Below, piece after piece: positions 48,758-58,337 of a stretch of DNA of 64,000 nucleotides; position 1 is the stretch's first letter, and every line of letters starts with the position of its first letter. The notes under the pieces are model-generated. The model saw only the letters and a list, made by a program, of their open reading frames with translations. It had not been told where the DNA came from and searched no databases. The DNA is taken from the NCBI GenBank assembly GCA_035496575.1, contig DATJEN010000238.1, positions 2,459-66,458 of the forward strand, given 5' to 3'. Both the position numbers and the translations under genes were made by a program. The stretch is from Pirellulales bacterium. GTDB taxonomy: Bacteria; Planctomycetota; Planctomycetia; Pirellulales; PALSA-1355.

Positions 48758-51163
48758 ATGCACGCCAAGTTATTTGCGCTAGTGGTGTTGGCTGCCCTTG
48801 CGTCCGCCGACGCGCGGGCCGAGCAGCCCAAGTCAGTGATCGGCAAACGTGTCGATAATTTCACACTGAAGGACTTCCGCGGACAGCCCTTTTCGTTGGC
48901 CGAGAACGCCAAGGGCAAGGTGGTCGTGCTGGCATTCCTGGGAACCGAATGCCCGTTAGCGAAGCTCTATGCGCCGCGGCTGGTGGAGCTCGCCAAGCAG
49001 TATGAATCGAAAGGCGTCGTGTTCATCGGAGTGGATTCGAATCGCCAGGACGCGATAACCGAGATCGACGCCTTTGCTCGCGCGCACGAAATCAAATTCC
49101 CGGTGCTCAAAGATTTGAACCAGGTGCTGGCCGACCAGGTGGGCGCGACTCGCACGCCCGAGGTTGTGGTGCTCGATCGCGATCGCGTCATTCGCTATCG
49201 CGGCCGCATCGACGATCAATATGGCTTCGTGTCGAACATGAACTATCAGAAGCCTGCGCCGAGTGAGCGCAATCTTGGGGATGCCCTGGAGGCGATTACG
49301 TCCGGCAAGAAACTGGCCAGCGCCGAGACGCAAGTGGCCGGCTGTTTGATCGGTCGCGATCGCAAGCCCGTCGCCAATAGCGACGTCACGTACACGAACC
49401 AAATCGCGCGGATCATGAACGCGAACTGCGTTTATTGCCATCGCGAAGGACAGATCGCGCCCTTCTCGCTCACCAACTACGAAGAAGTGGCCGGCTGGGC
49501 CGGCATGATCGACGAAGTCGTACAAGCCGAGCGCATGCCCCCCTGGCACGCCGACGCCAGGTACGGTCATTTTGAAAACGACGCGCGCCTAAGCGCCGCG
49601 GACAAGGCCACGATCTCGAAGTGGGTGGCCAACGGCGCCCCACAAGGCAATTCTAAGGACCTGCCCGAGCCGCCCAAGTTTGCCGAAGGCTGGATGATCC
49701 CCAAGCCGGACCAGGTGCTGTACATGGCCGACAAGGGCTTCGACGTGCCGGCCACGGGCGTGGTGCCGTACCAGATGTTCGTGGTTGATCCAGGCTGGAA
49801 AGAGGACAAGTGGATCACGGCCATCGAGCCCCGCCCGGGCAATCATTCGGTCGTGCATCACATCCTGCTGTTCGTGATTCCGCCGGATGGAAATATCAAT
49901 GGCGGCATCGGCAGCGGCAACGATTTTTTGGGCGCGTTCGCTCCCGGATTGCGGCCAGAGCCGCTGGTTGAAGGCCTGGCTCGCTTTGTGCAGGCCGGTT
50001 CGAAGCTGATCTTCCAGATGCACTACACGCCCAACGGAACGGCTCAGCAGGATCGCAGCTACTGCGGCTTCGTGTTCGCCGATCCCAAGAGCGTGAAGAA
50101 GGAAGTCCGGGTGACGAGCGCCGTCAACGCGGTGTTCGAGATTCCGCCGGGCGACGGGAACTTCAATGTGAAAGCACGCTACATTTTCCGCGACGACAGC
50201 ATGTTGCTGACGCTGATGCCCCACATGCATCTGCGCGGCAAGGCCTTCCGTTACGAAGCCACGTATCCGGATGGCAAACACGAAGTGTTGCTTGATGTCC
50301 CGCGATATGACTTCGGCTGGCAGACCAGCTATCGGTTGGCCGAGCCCAAGTTCATGCCGCGCGGCACGCGGATGGATTGCCTGGCGGCCTTCGACAATTC
50401 CGAAGACAACCTGAACAACCCCGATCCCAAATCCGCCGTGCGCTTCGGCGACCAAACTTTTGAAGAGATGATGATCGGCTTCTTCGAAATGTCGCTGGCG
50501 CACGAAGACCGGCAGCATCCCGAGAAATCGGCAAAACCTCTGTCGCGCATCGAGCAGTTCAACGTCATCATGGCCGCCACCAAAGGCGAGCCGGATGACA
50601 ACGTGAAGGTGGGCGCCTACATGGCCCTCGCGCAGCCGGAAATCTTCCGCCAGTTCGGATTCATCTTGCGGACCATGGTGCCGCAGGTTGATCGCCTGGA
50701 CATCACTGGACTGCAAGATGGGAAGCTGGTCGAGGTGATGGGTCCCTTCGCGGCCCGCCAGGTCGACAAGGACAAGGGCGGCGACGAAGAGGTCGAACGG
50801 ATCATCTCTGAGGCCAAAAAGAATGCCCAGAAGAATGGCAAGGCCGAGGTGGCCGAGAGCATCTATAGCCCGCTGCCACCCACCGACCCGACCGGCGAGA
50901 GCCTGGCCGAATATGCCGCCGGGTCGAAGGTGGTCGTGAACAATGATTTGAGCAAGGCCAAAGGCAAGATGTTCGAGATCATGGCCAAACGTGGCGCGAA
51001 ATCGAGCATGCACGTGCCGGCCGAGATCAAGGGGCAAAAAGTGACGGTCAACTTCTGGAGCACCGACGCCGGCGCGTTTCCGCCCCCGGCCGAAGCGGTG
51101 CTGACGGGAGTCGCCCAGATCATGACGGCCCCCAAAGAAAAAACTCAGGCTGCCGCTCGCTAG
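48758..51163 (+). CDS. Secreted multidomain redox protein: thioredoxin-fold (AhpC/TSA/TlpA-like) + CxxCH motif + copper type II monooxygenase-like (PHM/DBH-like) region + charged C-terminal region
   Basis: Signal MHAKLFALVVLAALASADA. VVVLAFLGTECPLAK...FPVLKD. NCVYCHREGQIAPFSL. His/Met pattern VVHHILLF, FQMHYTP, MPHMHLRG, FEEMMIGFFEM. Confidence 0.75.
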   Translation: MHAKLFALVVLAALASADARAEQPKSVIGKRVDNFTLKDFRGQPFSLAENAKGKVVVLAFLGTECPLAKLYAPRLVELAKQYESKGVVFIGVDSNRQDAITEIDAFARAHEIKFPVLKDLNQVLADQVGATRTPEVVVLDRDRVIRYRGRIDDQYGFVSNMNYQKPAPSERNLGDALEAITSGKKLASAETQVAGCLIGRDRKPVANSDVTYTNQIARIMNANCVYCHREGQIAPFSLTNYEEVAGWAGMIDEVVQAERMPPWHADARYGHFENDARLSAADKATISKWVANGAPQGNSKDLPEPPKFAEGWMIPKPDQVLYMADKGFDVPATGVVPYQMFVVDPGWKEDKWITAIEPRPGNHSVVHHILLFVIPPDGNINGGIGSGNDFLGAFAPGLRPEPLVEGLARFVQAGSKLIFQMHYTPNGTAQQDRSYCGFVFADPKSVKKEVRVTSAVNAVFEIPPGDGNFNVKARYIFRDDSMLLTLMPHMHLRGKAFRYEATYPDGKHEVLLDVPRYDFGWQTSYRLAEPKFMPRGTRMDCLAAFDNSEDNLNNPDPKSAVRFGDQTFEEMMIGFFEMSLAHEDRQHPEKSAKPLSRIEQFNVIMAATKGEPDDNVKVGAYMALAQPEIFRQFGFILRTMVPQVDRLDITGLQDGKLVEVMGPFAARQVDKDKGGDEEVERIISEAKKNAQKNGKAEVAESIYSPLPPTDPTGESLAEYAAGSKVVVNNDLSKAKGKMFEIMAKRGAKSSMHVPAEIKGQKVTVNFWSTDAGAFPPPAEAVLTGVAQIMTAPKEKTQAAAR

Positions 51164-51192
51164 GCGGGCTTTGCCTTGTTGCTATCTGCGAA

Positions 51193-51227
51193 CCGAGGCG
51201 GTCAGGCGTGGCCGCCTCGGTTTTTTT
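51193..51227 (+). terminator. Rho-independent terminator
   Basis: CCGAGGCGG (51193-51201) pairs with CCGCCTCGG (51212-51220); 10-nt loop; T7 (51221-51227). Confidence 0.8.
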
Positions 51228-51366
51228 GCACGCGTCCCCGCAAAGTCCCTCATCCACTGGATGCGCACAGGTCGCGGCGACAATTCTCTGGGGCGAGTTG
51301 CAATCCGGCTGGCGCGCTTGCACACTGAAGCACCCTGCAAAGAGCCGCCTCTGGGAGCCAAATGCC

Positions 51367-52773
51367 ATGTCGCGCCCCTTAGCCTTTTTCTGCACCTGGT
51401 CCCTGTCGCTCCTCGGCATGTCGGGCGTCGCCTTGGGCGCCGACAATGCATTGACCGCCGGCGTCGCCACCGTCGACATCACGCCCGAACCCGGCCAGAT
51501 GCTGTGGGGCTATAGCAATCGAACGCACGGTGCGACCGGCACGCTCGATCCTTTGATGGCCAAAGCGGTCGTGCTGCGCGCCGGCAGCGAGCACGTGGCG
51601 ATCGTGACGCTCGATCTTGGCCGCACGCCCGAGGAATCGGTGCTCGCCAAGGTGCGTGAGAAGACCAAGGCCGAGTGCGGAATTTCGAACTTGTTCATCA
51701 CGGCCAGCCACACACACCACGCGCCTGCACTTGAGTCGACCGTCGATAAGCCAAACCCCTACGGCGAGAAAGTGGGCGAGCAAATCGCCGAAATCATCTG
51801 CCGCGCGGCCCGCGAAGCGGCCCCGGCACGCATCGGCGTGGGTCGTGGACAGGCCGATTTTGGCCACAACCGTCGCAAGCTTCTGAAGGACGGTCGCGTG
51901 GCCATGCAGTGGCGGAATGCCGAGCATGAGCCCACCGAGCCGGTCGATCGGGAATACGCCACCATTCGCATCGATCGGGCTGACGGCACGCCACTGGCCG
52001 TGCTCTTCAACTATGCCTGCCATCCTGTGGTTCTTGGACCCGACAACTACCAGTACAGCGCCGACTATGTCGGAGCGGCCTGCGAGATCGTCGAGCGCGA
52101 ATTGGGCGCCAAGTGCCTGTTCCTGCAAGGCGGCTGCGGAAACATCAACCCTTACATGGACAAAACGCCGCTCGACCAGGGCGGGATCGCCGAGATGCGC
52201 AAGATGGGACACGCCCTCGGCGAGCTGCTCACGAAAACGGCGCGGCAGACCGCGACCACCGCGCCGGCCAAGAACTCCATCCAGTACGAAGCCCGCGTGG
52301 TTCCCGTGCGCACGCGTTGGGACTTGAACCAGCCCGAAGTCCGCGCGGTGCTCAGCAAAGCCTATGGACCGCGCTTCGATAACTACATTTCAAAAGTGGT
52401 CAAGAACAACCAGGTGCCCTGCACGCTCACCACCGTGTTGATCGGCGGGAACCTGGCCTTGGTCGGCATGCCGGGCGAGATCTTCGTGCAGTTTCAAACG
52501 GCTCTCAAAACGCGCTCGCCCATTCGCGACACGTTCCTGGTCGGTTACACCCAGGGCTATCACGCCTACTTTCCGACGCTGCAGGACGCCGCGGCCGGAG
52601 GTTACGGCGGCAAGACAGCCACCTATGTTGAGCCGGGAGCCGGCGAGCGTCTGACGGACGAGGCGCTCATCACGCTCTACAAGATGAGCGACAAACTGCA
52701 TGACGTACCGCGGGCCGACGATTTCAAGCTCCTGGAATACGACGAGGTGCGTCGCACCCAGGCGGCCAAATAA
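51367..52773 (+). CDS. Neutral/alkaline ceramidase-like N-terminal domain protein, secreted
   Basis: Signal MSRPLAFFCTWSLSLLGMSGVALG. VDITPEPGQMLWGYSNR...GTLDPLMAKAVVL...ITASHTHHAP...FNYACHPV. Confidence 0.65.
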   Translation: MSRPLAFFCTWSLSLLGMSGVALGADNALTAGVATVDITPEPGQMLWGYSNRTHGATGTLDPLMAKAVVLRAGSEHVAIVTLDLGRTPEESVLAKVREKTKAECGISNLFITASHTHHAPALESTVDKPNPYGEKVGEQIAEIICRAAREAAPARIGVGRGQADFGHNRRKLLKDGRVAMQWRNAEHEPTEPVDREYATIRIDRADGTPLAVLFNYACHPVVLGPDNYQYSADYVGAACEIVERELGAKCLFLQGGCGNINPYMDKTPLDQGGIAEMRKMGHALGELLTKTARQTATTAPAKNSIQYEARVVPVRTRWDLNQPEVRAVLSKAYGPRFDNYISKVVKNNQVPCTLTTVLIGGNLALVGMPGEIFVQFQTALKTRSPIRDTFLVGYTQGYHAYFPTLQDAAAGGYGGKTATYVEPGAGERLTDEALITLYKMSDKLHDVPRADDFKLLEYDEVRRTQAAK

Positions 52774-52834
52774 CCAAGCGCGCGGCTTCGGATCGCACTT
52801 CTGTCGAAAGCTGCGCTTTGAAGGGATTTCACAA

Positions 52835-53926
52835 ATGGCCATGGAACCGTCGGCAACTCCCGCGATGGTCGTCGATGCGCGGACGGTGCTGCGCAACGTG
52901 GCCCGGCTGGCGGAATATGCCGAAACGCACGAGCTCGACGTCCGCCCGCACACGAAGACGCACAAATCGCGGCAAATCGCCGACCTGCAAATGGCCGCGG
53001 GCGCCATCGGACTCACCGCCGCCAAGGTCGGCGAAGCCCAATTGATGTCGGAGGTGGCAGACGACATTCTGTTGGCCTATCCGGCGATCGACCCGGCTCG
53101 CACCGCGCGGCTCGTGCAATTGGCGGCCCATGCCACTTTGCGCGTCGCGGTCGATTCGATCGACGGCGCACGGCTGGTCGGCGAAGCGGCCAACCGGCAC
53201 AGCGCCACGGTAGGCATCCTGGTCGACCTCGACGTTGGCCTGCATCGCACGGGGGTCCAATCGCCCGGCGCCACGCTTAAAATCGCCCAGTATGTCGACT
53301 CGACAGCCGGACTGCGGCTCGACGGGCTGTTCTGCTACCCCGGCCACATCAATGCTCCGCCCGGCGATCAAGAGCCGGCTCTGACAGCGGTGGCCGACCA
53401 GCTCGCCGAAACGCTTCGGCTGTGGTACGACCATGGGCTGCAAGCGCGGATTGTGTCCGGCGGCTCCACGCCGACCGCGTTTCAGTCGCACCTGGTGACC
53501 GATTACACCGAGATTCGGCCCGGCACCTATGTGTACAACGATATGAACACCGTTCGCGGAGGATTCTGCAAGCTGGAAGACTGCGCTGCCCGCATTATCG
53601 CCACGGTCGTGAGCACTGCCGTGCCGGGGCAGGTCGTCATAGATGCCGGCAGCAAAACGCTGACCAGTGACCTTTGCGGCCCGGCCCCGCAAAGCGGCCA
53701 CGGTCACGTCGTCGAGTATCCCGATGCGCGCATCGCCAAGCTGAGCGAGGAGCATGCGCAGATCGACATCCGCGACTGCCAGCGCGCCCCGCAGTTGGGC
53801 GAGCGGCTGACCATCATTCCCAACCACATCTGCCCCTGCGTCAATCTGCAGGACAGCGTCTGGTGGCGGGACGAAGATGGCGCACTGCAGGAGCTGGCAA
53901 TCGATGCCCGCGGCATGTTGATCTAG
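52835..53926 (+). CDS. D-TA family PLP enzyme (alanine-racemase-fold N-domain + D-serine dehydratase-like C-domain; D-threonine aldolase/D-Ser dehydratase type)
   Basis: PAMVVDARTVLRNVARL...VRPHTKTHKSRQIA (PLP Lys context)...GLTAAKVGEA...YPGH...SGGSTPT...IRPGTYVYND...HICPCVNL. Confidence 0.75.
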   Translation: MAMEPSATPAMVVDARTVLRNVARLAEYAETHELDVRPHTKTHKSRQIADLQMAAGAIGLTAAKVGEAQLMSEVADDILLAYPAIDPARTARLVQLAAHATLRVAVDSIDGARLVGEAANRHSATVGILVDLDVGLHRTGVQSPGATLKIAQYVDSTAGLRLDGLFCYPGHINAPPGDQEPALTAVADQLAETLRLWYDHGLQARIVSGGSTPTAFQSHLVTDYTEIRPGTYVYNDMNTVRGGFCKLEDCAARIIATVVSTAVPGQVVIDAGSKTLTSDLCGPAPQSGHGHVVEYPDARIAKLSEEHAQIDIRDCQRAPQLGERLTIIPNHICPCVNLQDSVWWRDEDGALQELAIDARGMLI

Positions 53927-53973
53927 CGGGACCTTGATTGCCGCTCACATTTGGTCCTAGGCTCCAGCGGTGC

Positions 53974-55377
53974 TCAGTCAGGCATGTCCTCGAGCCCCGG
54001 CTCAGGCAGCCAGAAGCTAGCGATGGTCCCCACCAGATAGACGAACAGGGCCACGCCGGCCGCGGTGTACGCCATGTTCCAGGCGGGTGGAGTTCCCTCA
54101 TCGAACGCGCGGACGGCAATCGTATTGGTGACCCAGGCGAAGGAGGTCCCGATCATGCGGCCGCCGATATTCGCGGCAAAGCCTTCGCCCGTGCCGCGCA
54201 GGTGAACCGGATAGACGCGTGGCAGGTAATTGCCCCAAAAACTGAACTGGGCGACCGTAAACAGCCCGGCTAGAAACGCCCCCGCTGTAAAGACGGTCAG
54301 GCTGTGCATGGGGGCGAACGCGAACACCATCGGCACTACGAACAGCCCCGGCACCTGAAAGACCCGCAGCAGCTTGCGGCGGCTAACGATCTGGACCGCC
54401 AGCACGGCCAACAGCAGCCGGCCCACCAGCCCGCCGATTTCCTGCCCCGTGCTGACCCGGGCCGCATTTTCCTGCTCGATTCTTTTCTGCGCGGGGACGG
54501 GCTTGCCTTCGGTCTGGGCTTTTACCTCGGGGACGCCCGGCACGATCTGCGGGATCTGCTGAATGGCGCCAAACGCCGCTCCATAGCTGCAGGCGAACAT
54601 GATGGTGGTCACGATCGTGGTCTGCCGCAGCCCCGGCGCAAAGAGCTCGAAGATGCTTGGCCGCCGCAACGTGCCCGCGGCCCGCTTGGCCGCCCAGGCC
54701 GGCGACTCTGGCAAGAACGGCCGGATCACGATCAGGGGCAGCGCCGGCACGATGCCAGACATGAGCGTGTATCGCCACGGTGCATTGCCATCGCTGATCG
54801 TGCCCAAGAACGAGGCCCACTCGGGCAGAGCAATGGTGGGGAAGGACTCGGCGTTGGTCGTGACGAGCCAATTCACAAGTGCAACCAACAATCCGCCAAA
54901 CGAGGAAAAGGCCTGCGTGTACCCCAGCACTTGTTCGCGTTGCTTGGGATCGGTGAACAATTCGGCCAGCCAGGCGACCGCCGCCACGAACTCCACACAC
55001 ACGCCCACGAAGGTGGTCGAGCGCAGCACGAGCAACATTTCGATGGAGGTCGAAAAACCGGCCCCAAAGGCTGATAGGGCATAGAGCAGGATGCTCCAAG
55101 TCAGCACGCGCCGCCGGCCCAGGCGATCGGTCAGATAGCCGCCTAACAGGCCGAAAATGCCGCCGGCGAACGCTGGCACGTAAAACAAGCGGCCGGCCCA
55201 CATCGCGAATTCAGGCGTGCCGCGCTTGAAGCCGGTCAGGTCCGTGATGGCCGGCGGGATGATGAACTGCGCCATCAGCAGCTCATAAATATCAAAAGCG
55301 AACCCAATGGCCGCCATGGTGACGATCAGCCATTGGGTCGCGGTCAGGCGAGGACGCGGGGCGGACGCGGAGCTCAT
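53974..55377 (-). CDS. MFS transporter
   Basis: 12 hydrophobic segments. MFS motif A-like GGYLTDRLGRRRV. Divergent from the KamA operon. Confidence 0.85.
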   Translation of the reverse strand: MSSASAPRPRLTATQWLIVTMAAIGFAFDIYELLMAQFIIPPAITDLTGFKRGTPEFAMWAGRLFYVPAFAGGIFGLLGGYLTDRLGRRRVLTWSILLYALSAFGAGFSTSIEMLLVLRSTTFVGVCVEFVAAVAWLAELFTDPKQREQVLGYTQAFSSFGGLLVALVNWLVTTNAESFPTIALPEWASFLGTISDGNAPWRYTLMSGIVPALPLIVIRPFLPESPAWAAKRAAGTLRRPSIFELFAPGLRQTTIVTTIMFACSYGAAFGAIQQIPQIVPGVPEVKAQTEGKPVPAQKRIEQENAARVSTGQEIGGLVGRLLLAVLAVQIVSRRKLLRVFQVPGLFVVPMVFAFAPMHSLTVFTAGAFLAGLFTVAQFSFWGNYLPRVYPVHLRGTGEGFAANIGGRMIGTSFAWVTNTIAVRAFDEGTPPAWNMAYTAAGVALFVYLVGTIASFWLPEPGLEDMPD

Positions 55378-55668
55378 GCAGAAATACCTGTGATAGCGGA
55401 AACAAAGCGGAAACGGCCTTGAGCCCTGCCGCCCGAGCGGCTAAAAGCTCGCCTCGCGCCCTAAGGGCTCGGCACCGATGATAGTAGAGCCCCGTCGCGC
55501 CTGGCAAGCGCGCACCCAGCGGCGAGCCTAGCGCGGGACCGCCACGGAGGGACCTGTTCGAGCGCGCAAAAACTTTGCAAACAAACCGCTGAGCGCCTTG
55601 TCCCTAGAGAGGACTCACAAATAATTTCAGCGCGCGCGGAATTTGCTTGCATTGCGCACGGAACATGC

Positions 55669-55697
55669 TTGTCGCTTTTTACCAATGTTGGTATAAG
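55669..55697 (+). promoter_or_regulatory. Sigma70-like promoter candidate for the KamA operon
   Basis: TTGTCG (55669-55674), 17-nt spacer, TATAAG (55692-55697), about 80 nt upstream of the ATG at 55779. Confidence 0.4.
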
Positions 55698-55778
55698 CAC
55701 GCGAGCTTGGAGTCTCAGGCTGGCTGAGCCGGCCCTCGAGCTCGATGGATCTTCAAGTTGTGGAGGGATTCGCAGCAC

Positions 55779-57203
55779 ATGAACCGTTTCGAAGCCGCGT
55801 CCATTGCGGTGCCCGAAAGCTCACTCTTACCGGACGAGAACGAAGAGCCTCCGGGTAATCCGCGGCGGCATCCCAAATGGAACGACGTCCCCGACGAACA
55901 GTGGGACGACTGGCGATGGCAAATGCAAAATGCCATTCGCAGCACCTCTCAACTGGCCGAATTTTTCTGTTACGGCCCCCAGGAATTTGCCGCCCTGGAA
56001 AGTCTCGAGCAGAAGTACAAGCTGGCGATTCCGCCCTACTACTTCTCGCTGATCAATACCGACGACCCCTCTGACCCCATCGGCCTCCAGGCCCTGCCCA
56101 GCGCCCTTGAGCAGTCGAGCACGGCCGGCGTCGAGCTTGACGATCCGTTGGAAGAGGACAAGGACTCGCCCGTTCCCGGCCTGACGCACCGTTATCCGGA
56201 CCGCGCGCTACTGGTCACCACCCATGTGTGCACCATGTATTGCCGGTTCTGCACCCGCAAGCGGGTCACGATGGACCGCGACGGCTGGGACGCTCCCAAC
56301 CACAACGATCAGCGGATGGTGCAATATGTGCGCGAGCACCACGAGATCCGCGACGTGATCGTTTCCGGCGGCGACCCCCTATCGCTGCCCATGGGCCGCT
56401 TGCGCTGGTTCGTGAATGAGCTGGCCGACATCGATCATCTGGACGTGATCCGCCTCGGCACCCGAGTGCCGGTCACGTTGCCGCAGCGGCTGTTCGATCA
56501 AGAACTGGTCGACATGTTGAAGCAGGCGGGCAAAATCTGGATCCAAACGCATTTCAATCACCCGCGCGAGATCACTCCCGCTTCGGCCCAGGCGTGCCGA
56601 AACCTGGTGAACGCGGGCATGCCGGTCAGCAACCATGCCGTGCTGCTCAAGGGCGTGAATGACTCGGTGATTACCATGCGGCAGCTCGTGCGCGGGCTGT
56701 TGCGGATCAAGGTCCGCCCATACTACTTGTTCCATTGCGATCCGGTGACCGGGGCAGGCCATTTCCGCACCTCGCTGTGGAAAGGCATGGAGATCATCGA
56801 AGGCTTGCGTGGCCACGTGTCCGGGCTGGCAGTGCCAACCTATGTCGTCGACGGGCTGCACGGCGCCGGCAAAATCCCGGTCATGCCCAACTACGTGGTC
56901 TCCGCGGCTGACAACGCCGTCATCCTGCGGAACTACGAAGGGCTGCTTTTCCGCTACCAACCGGAAGATCGCCCGGAGAGCGAGGGTCACGGCTATCAGA
57001 CGCTCGGCGTGAGCTCGCTGCTGAGCGGAACGCGCGAGGTGCTGGTGCCCGACGGCACGCCGCGCATGGCGCGTCGCCAAGACCATGGCAGCGATTCGGC
57101 CGATGGACAGCCCGCCGACGTGATTCAGATCACGGGCTATCAAATGCCCGATTCGCTGGAAGCGGCGCGCACTCCTTGGGCCCGCTTGCCGAAGGCCAAA
57201 TAA
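55779..57203 (+). CDS. kamA: KamA-family radical SAM aminomutase (lysine 2,3-aminomutase-like), with a C-terminal extension of about 60 aa
   Basis: GGAGGGA (55763-55769) precedes the ATG at 55779. WDDWRWQMQNAIRS, CTMYCRFCTRK (CxxxCxxC), VIVSGGDPLSL, RPYYLFHCDPVTGAGHFRTS, IIEGLRGHVSG, VVDGLHGAGKIPVMPNY. Confidence 0.85.
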   Translation: MNRFEAASIAVPESSLLPDENEEPPGNPRRHPKWNDVPDEQWDDWRWQMQNAIRSTSQLAEFFCYGPQEFAALESLEQKYKLAIPPYYFSLINTDDPSDPIGLQALPSALEQSSTAGVELDDPLEEDKDSPVPGLTHRYPDRALLVTTHVCTMYCRFCTRKRVTMDRDGWDAPNHNDQRMVQYVREHHEIRDVIVSGGDPLSLPMGRLRWFVNELADIDHLDVIRLGTRVPVTLPQRLFDQELVDMLKQAGKIWIQTHFNHPREITPASAQACRNLVNAGMPVSNHAVLLKGVNDSVITMRQLVRGLLRIKVRPYYLFHCDPVTGAGHFRTSLWKGMEIIEGLRGHVSGLAVPTYVVDGLHGAGKIPVMPNYVVSAADNAVILRNYEGLLFRYQPEDRPESEGHGYQTLGVSSLLSGTREVLVPDGTPRMARRQDHGSDSADGQPADVIQITGYQMPDSLEAARTPWARLPKAK

Positions 57204-57235
57204 GCAACCAGTTCCCTGTATCAGGAACTTCCACG

Positions 57236-58300
57236 TTGAGAATCGGTTTGACCTTTAACGTCCGGTCGGCCCGCGAACCTGGCCGCCCGGACGATTTCGT
57301 TGAGCGGTTGGCGGGCAGCGGCCCGTTTCGCGCGCGCGACGACATCGACGAAGAGTTCGACTCGCCCGAGACGATCGAGGCCATCGCCGAAGCGATCGCG
57401 AGCCTGGGCCACGAAGTCGAGCTGCTGGGCTACGGCGAAGCCCTGTTGCGGCGGCTGCTCGACGGACCGCGGCCGGACCTGGTGTGGAACTTTGCCGAAG
57501 GACATGGCAGCGCGCGCAGCCGTGAGGCCCGCGTGCCGGCCGTGCTCGAGATGCTCGACGTTCCGTACACGGGTTCAGACCCGCTGACCTTGGCCGTGAC
57601 CCTCGACAAAGATTGTGCCAAGCGATTGGTCGGGGCGGCGGGTGTGGCCACGCCGCGCTGGGCCGTGTACGAGGGTGACTGGCCGCCCGTGCGCGCGCTG
57701 GTGGCGTCCTTGCCGCGGCCGGTGTTCGTAAAGCCCTGCTACGAAGGTTCGAGCAAGGGCATTCTCGGCAGCAGCTTGATTGAGGACCTTGCCACGCTGG
57801 AACACTCGCTGGCCGAGCTGCACGAAGCTTATCAGCAGCCGATCCTGGTCGAGGAATTCATCGACGGAGATGAATTGACGGTTGGCGTGATTGGCAATCG
57901 CTCGCCGGAGGTGCTGGGCATCATGCGGGTTCTGCCGCGCGACAAGTCACAGGCCCCATTCGTCTACAGCCTGGACATGAAGCGGGACTGGCAGCGCCGT
58001 GTGCGCTACGAGTGTCCAGCGAAGCTCAAACCCGCTGATACCGAGGCGGTGCGTGCCGCGGCTTTGGCCTGCTGGCGAGCCCTGGGGTGCCGCGATATCA
58101 CGAGGATCGATTTCCGCCTGCGCGACGGTGTACCCTATTTTCTCGAAACCAACCCGCTGCCGGGGCTATCGCCCCTTTCCGGCGATCTGGTTATCCTGTC
58201 ACGCCAGGTGGGCATCGAATACCGCGATCTGATCGCGCGCATCCTGCAAGCAACCTGTGAGCGCCTGTCGTTGACGCCAGATGCTCCGGTCGTGGCATAG
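57236..58300 (+). CDS. ATP-grasp ligase, D-Ala-D-Ala-ligase-like (first copy)
   Basis: In-frame TTG at 57236 (start uncertain). RIGLTFNV...EFDSPETIEAIAEAIASLGHEV, KDCAKRLVGAAGVATPRW, VFVKPCYEGSSKGI, ILVEEFIDGDELTVGVIG, RIDFRLRDGVPYFLETNPLPG. Confidence 0.8.
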   Translation: MRIGLTFNVRSAREPGRPDDFVERLAGSGPFRARDDIDEEFDSPETIEAIAEAIASLGHEVELLGYGEALLRRLLDGPRPDLVWNFAEGHGSARSREARVPAVLEMLDVPYTGSDPLTLAVTLDKDCAKRLVGAAGVATPRWAVYEGDWPPVRALVASLPRPVFVKPCYEGSSKGILGSSLIEDLATLEHSLAELHEAYQQPILVEEFIDGDELTVGVIGNRSPEVLGIMRVLPRDKSQAPFVYSLDMKRDWQRRVRYECPAKLKPADTEAVRAAALACWRALGCRDITRIDFRLRDGVPYFLETNPLPGLSPLSGDLVILSRQVGIEYRDLIARILQATCERLSLTPDAPVVA

Positions 58301-58337
58301 CCCTGCTGCCGCCAGCGCGCTCGAGGGCCAGCGAACC

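Noticed and set aside
49589-51037. 482-aa antisense ORF opposite the redoxin/monooxygenase-like gene. Similar long antisense ORFs occur at 4483-5472, 6888-8993, 10321-11295, 14664-15539, 39928-40635 and 58632-59399.
   Set aside because: These are typical stop-codon-poor shadow frames of GC-rich DNA. The products are Arg/His/Gly/Ala-rich without motifs, while the opposite strand in each case encodes a protein with clear family signatures.
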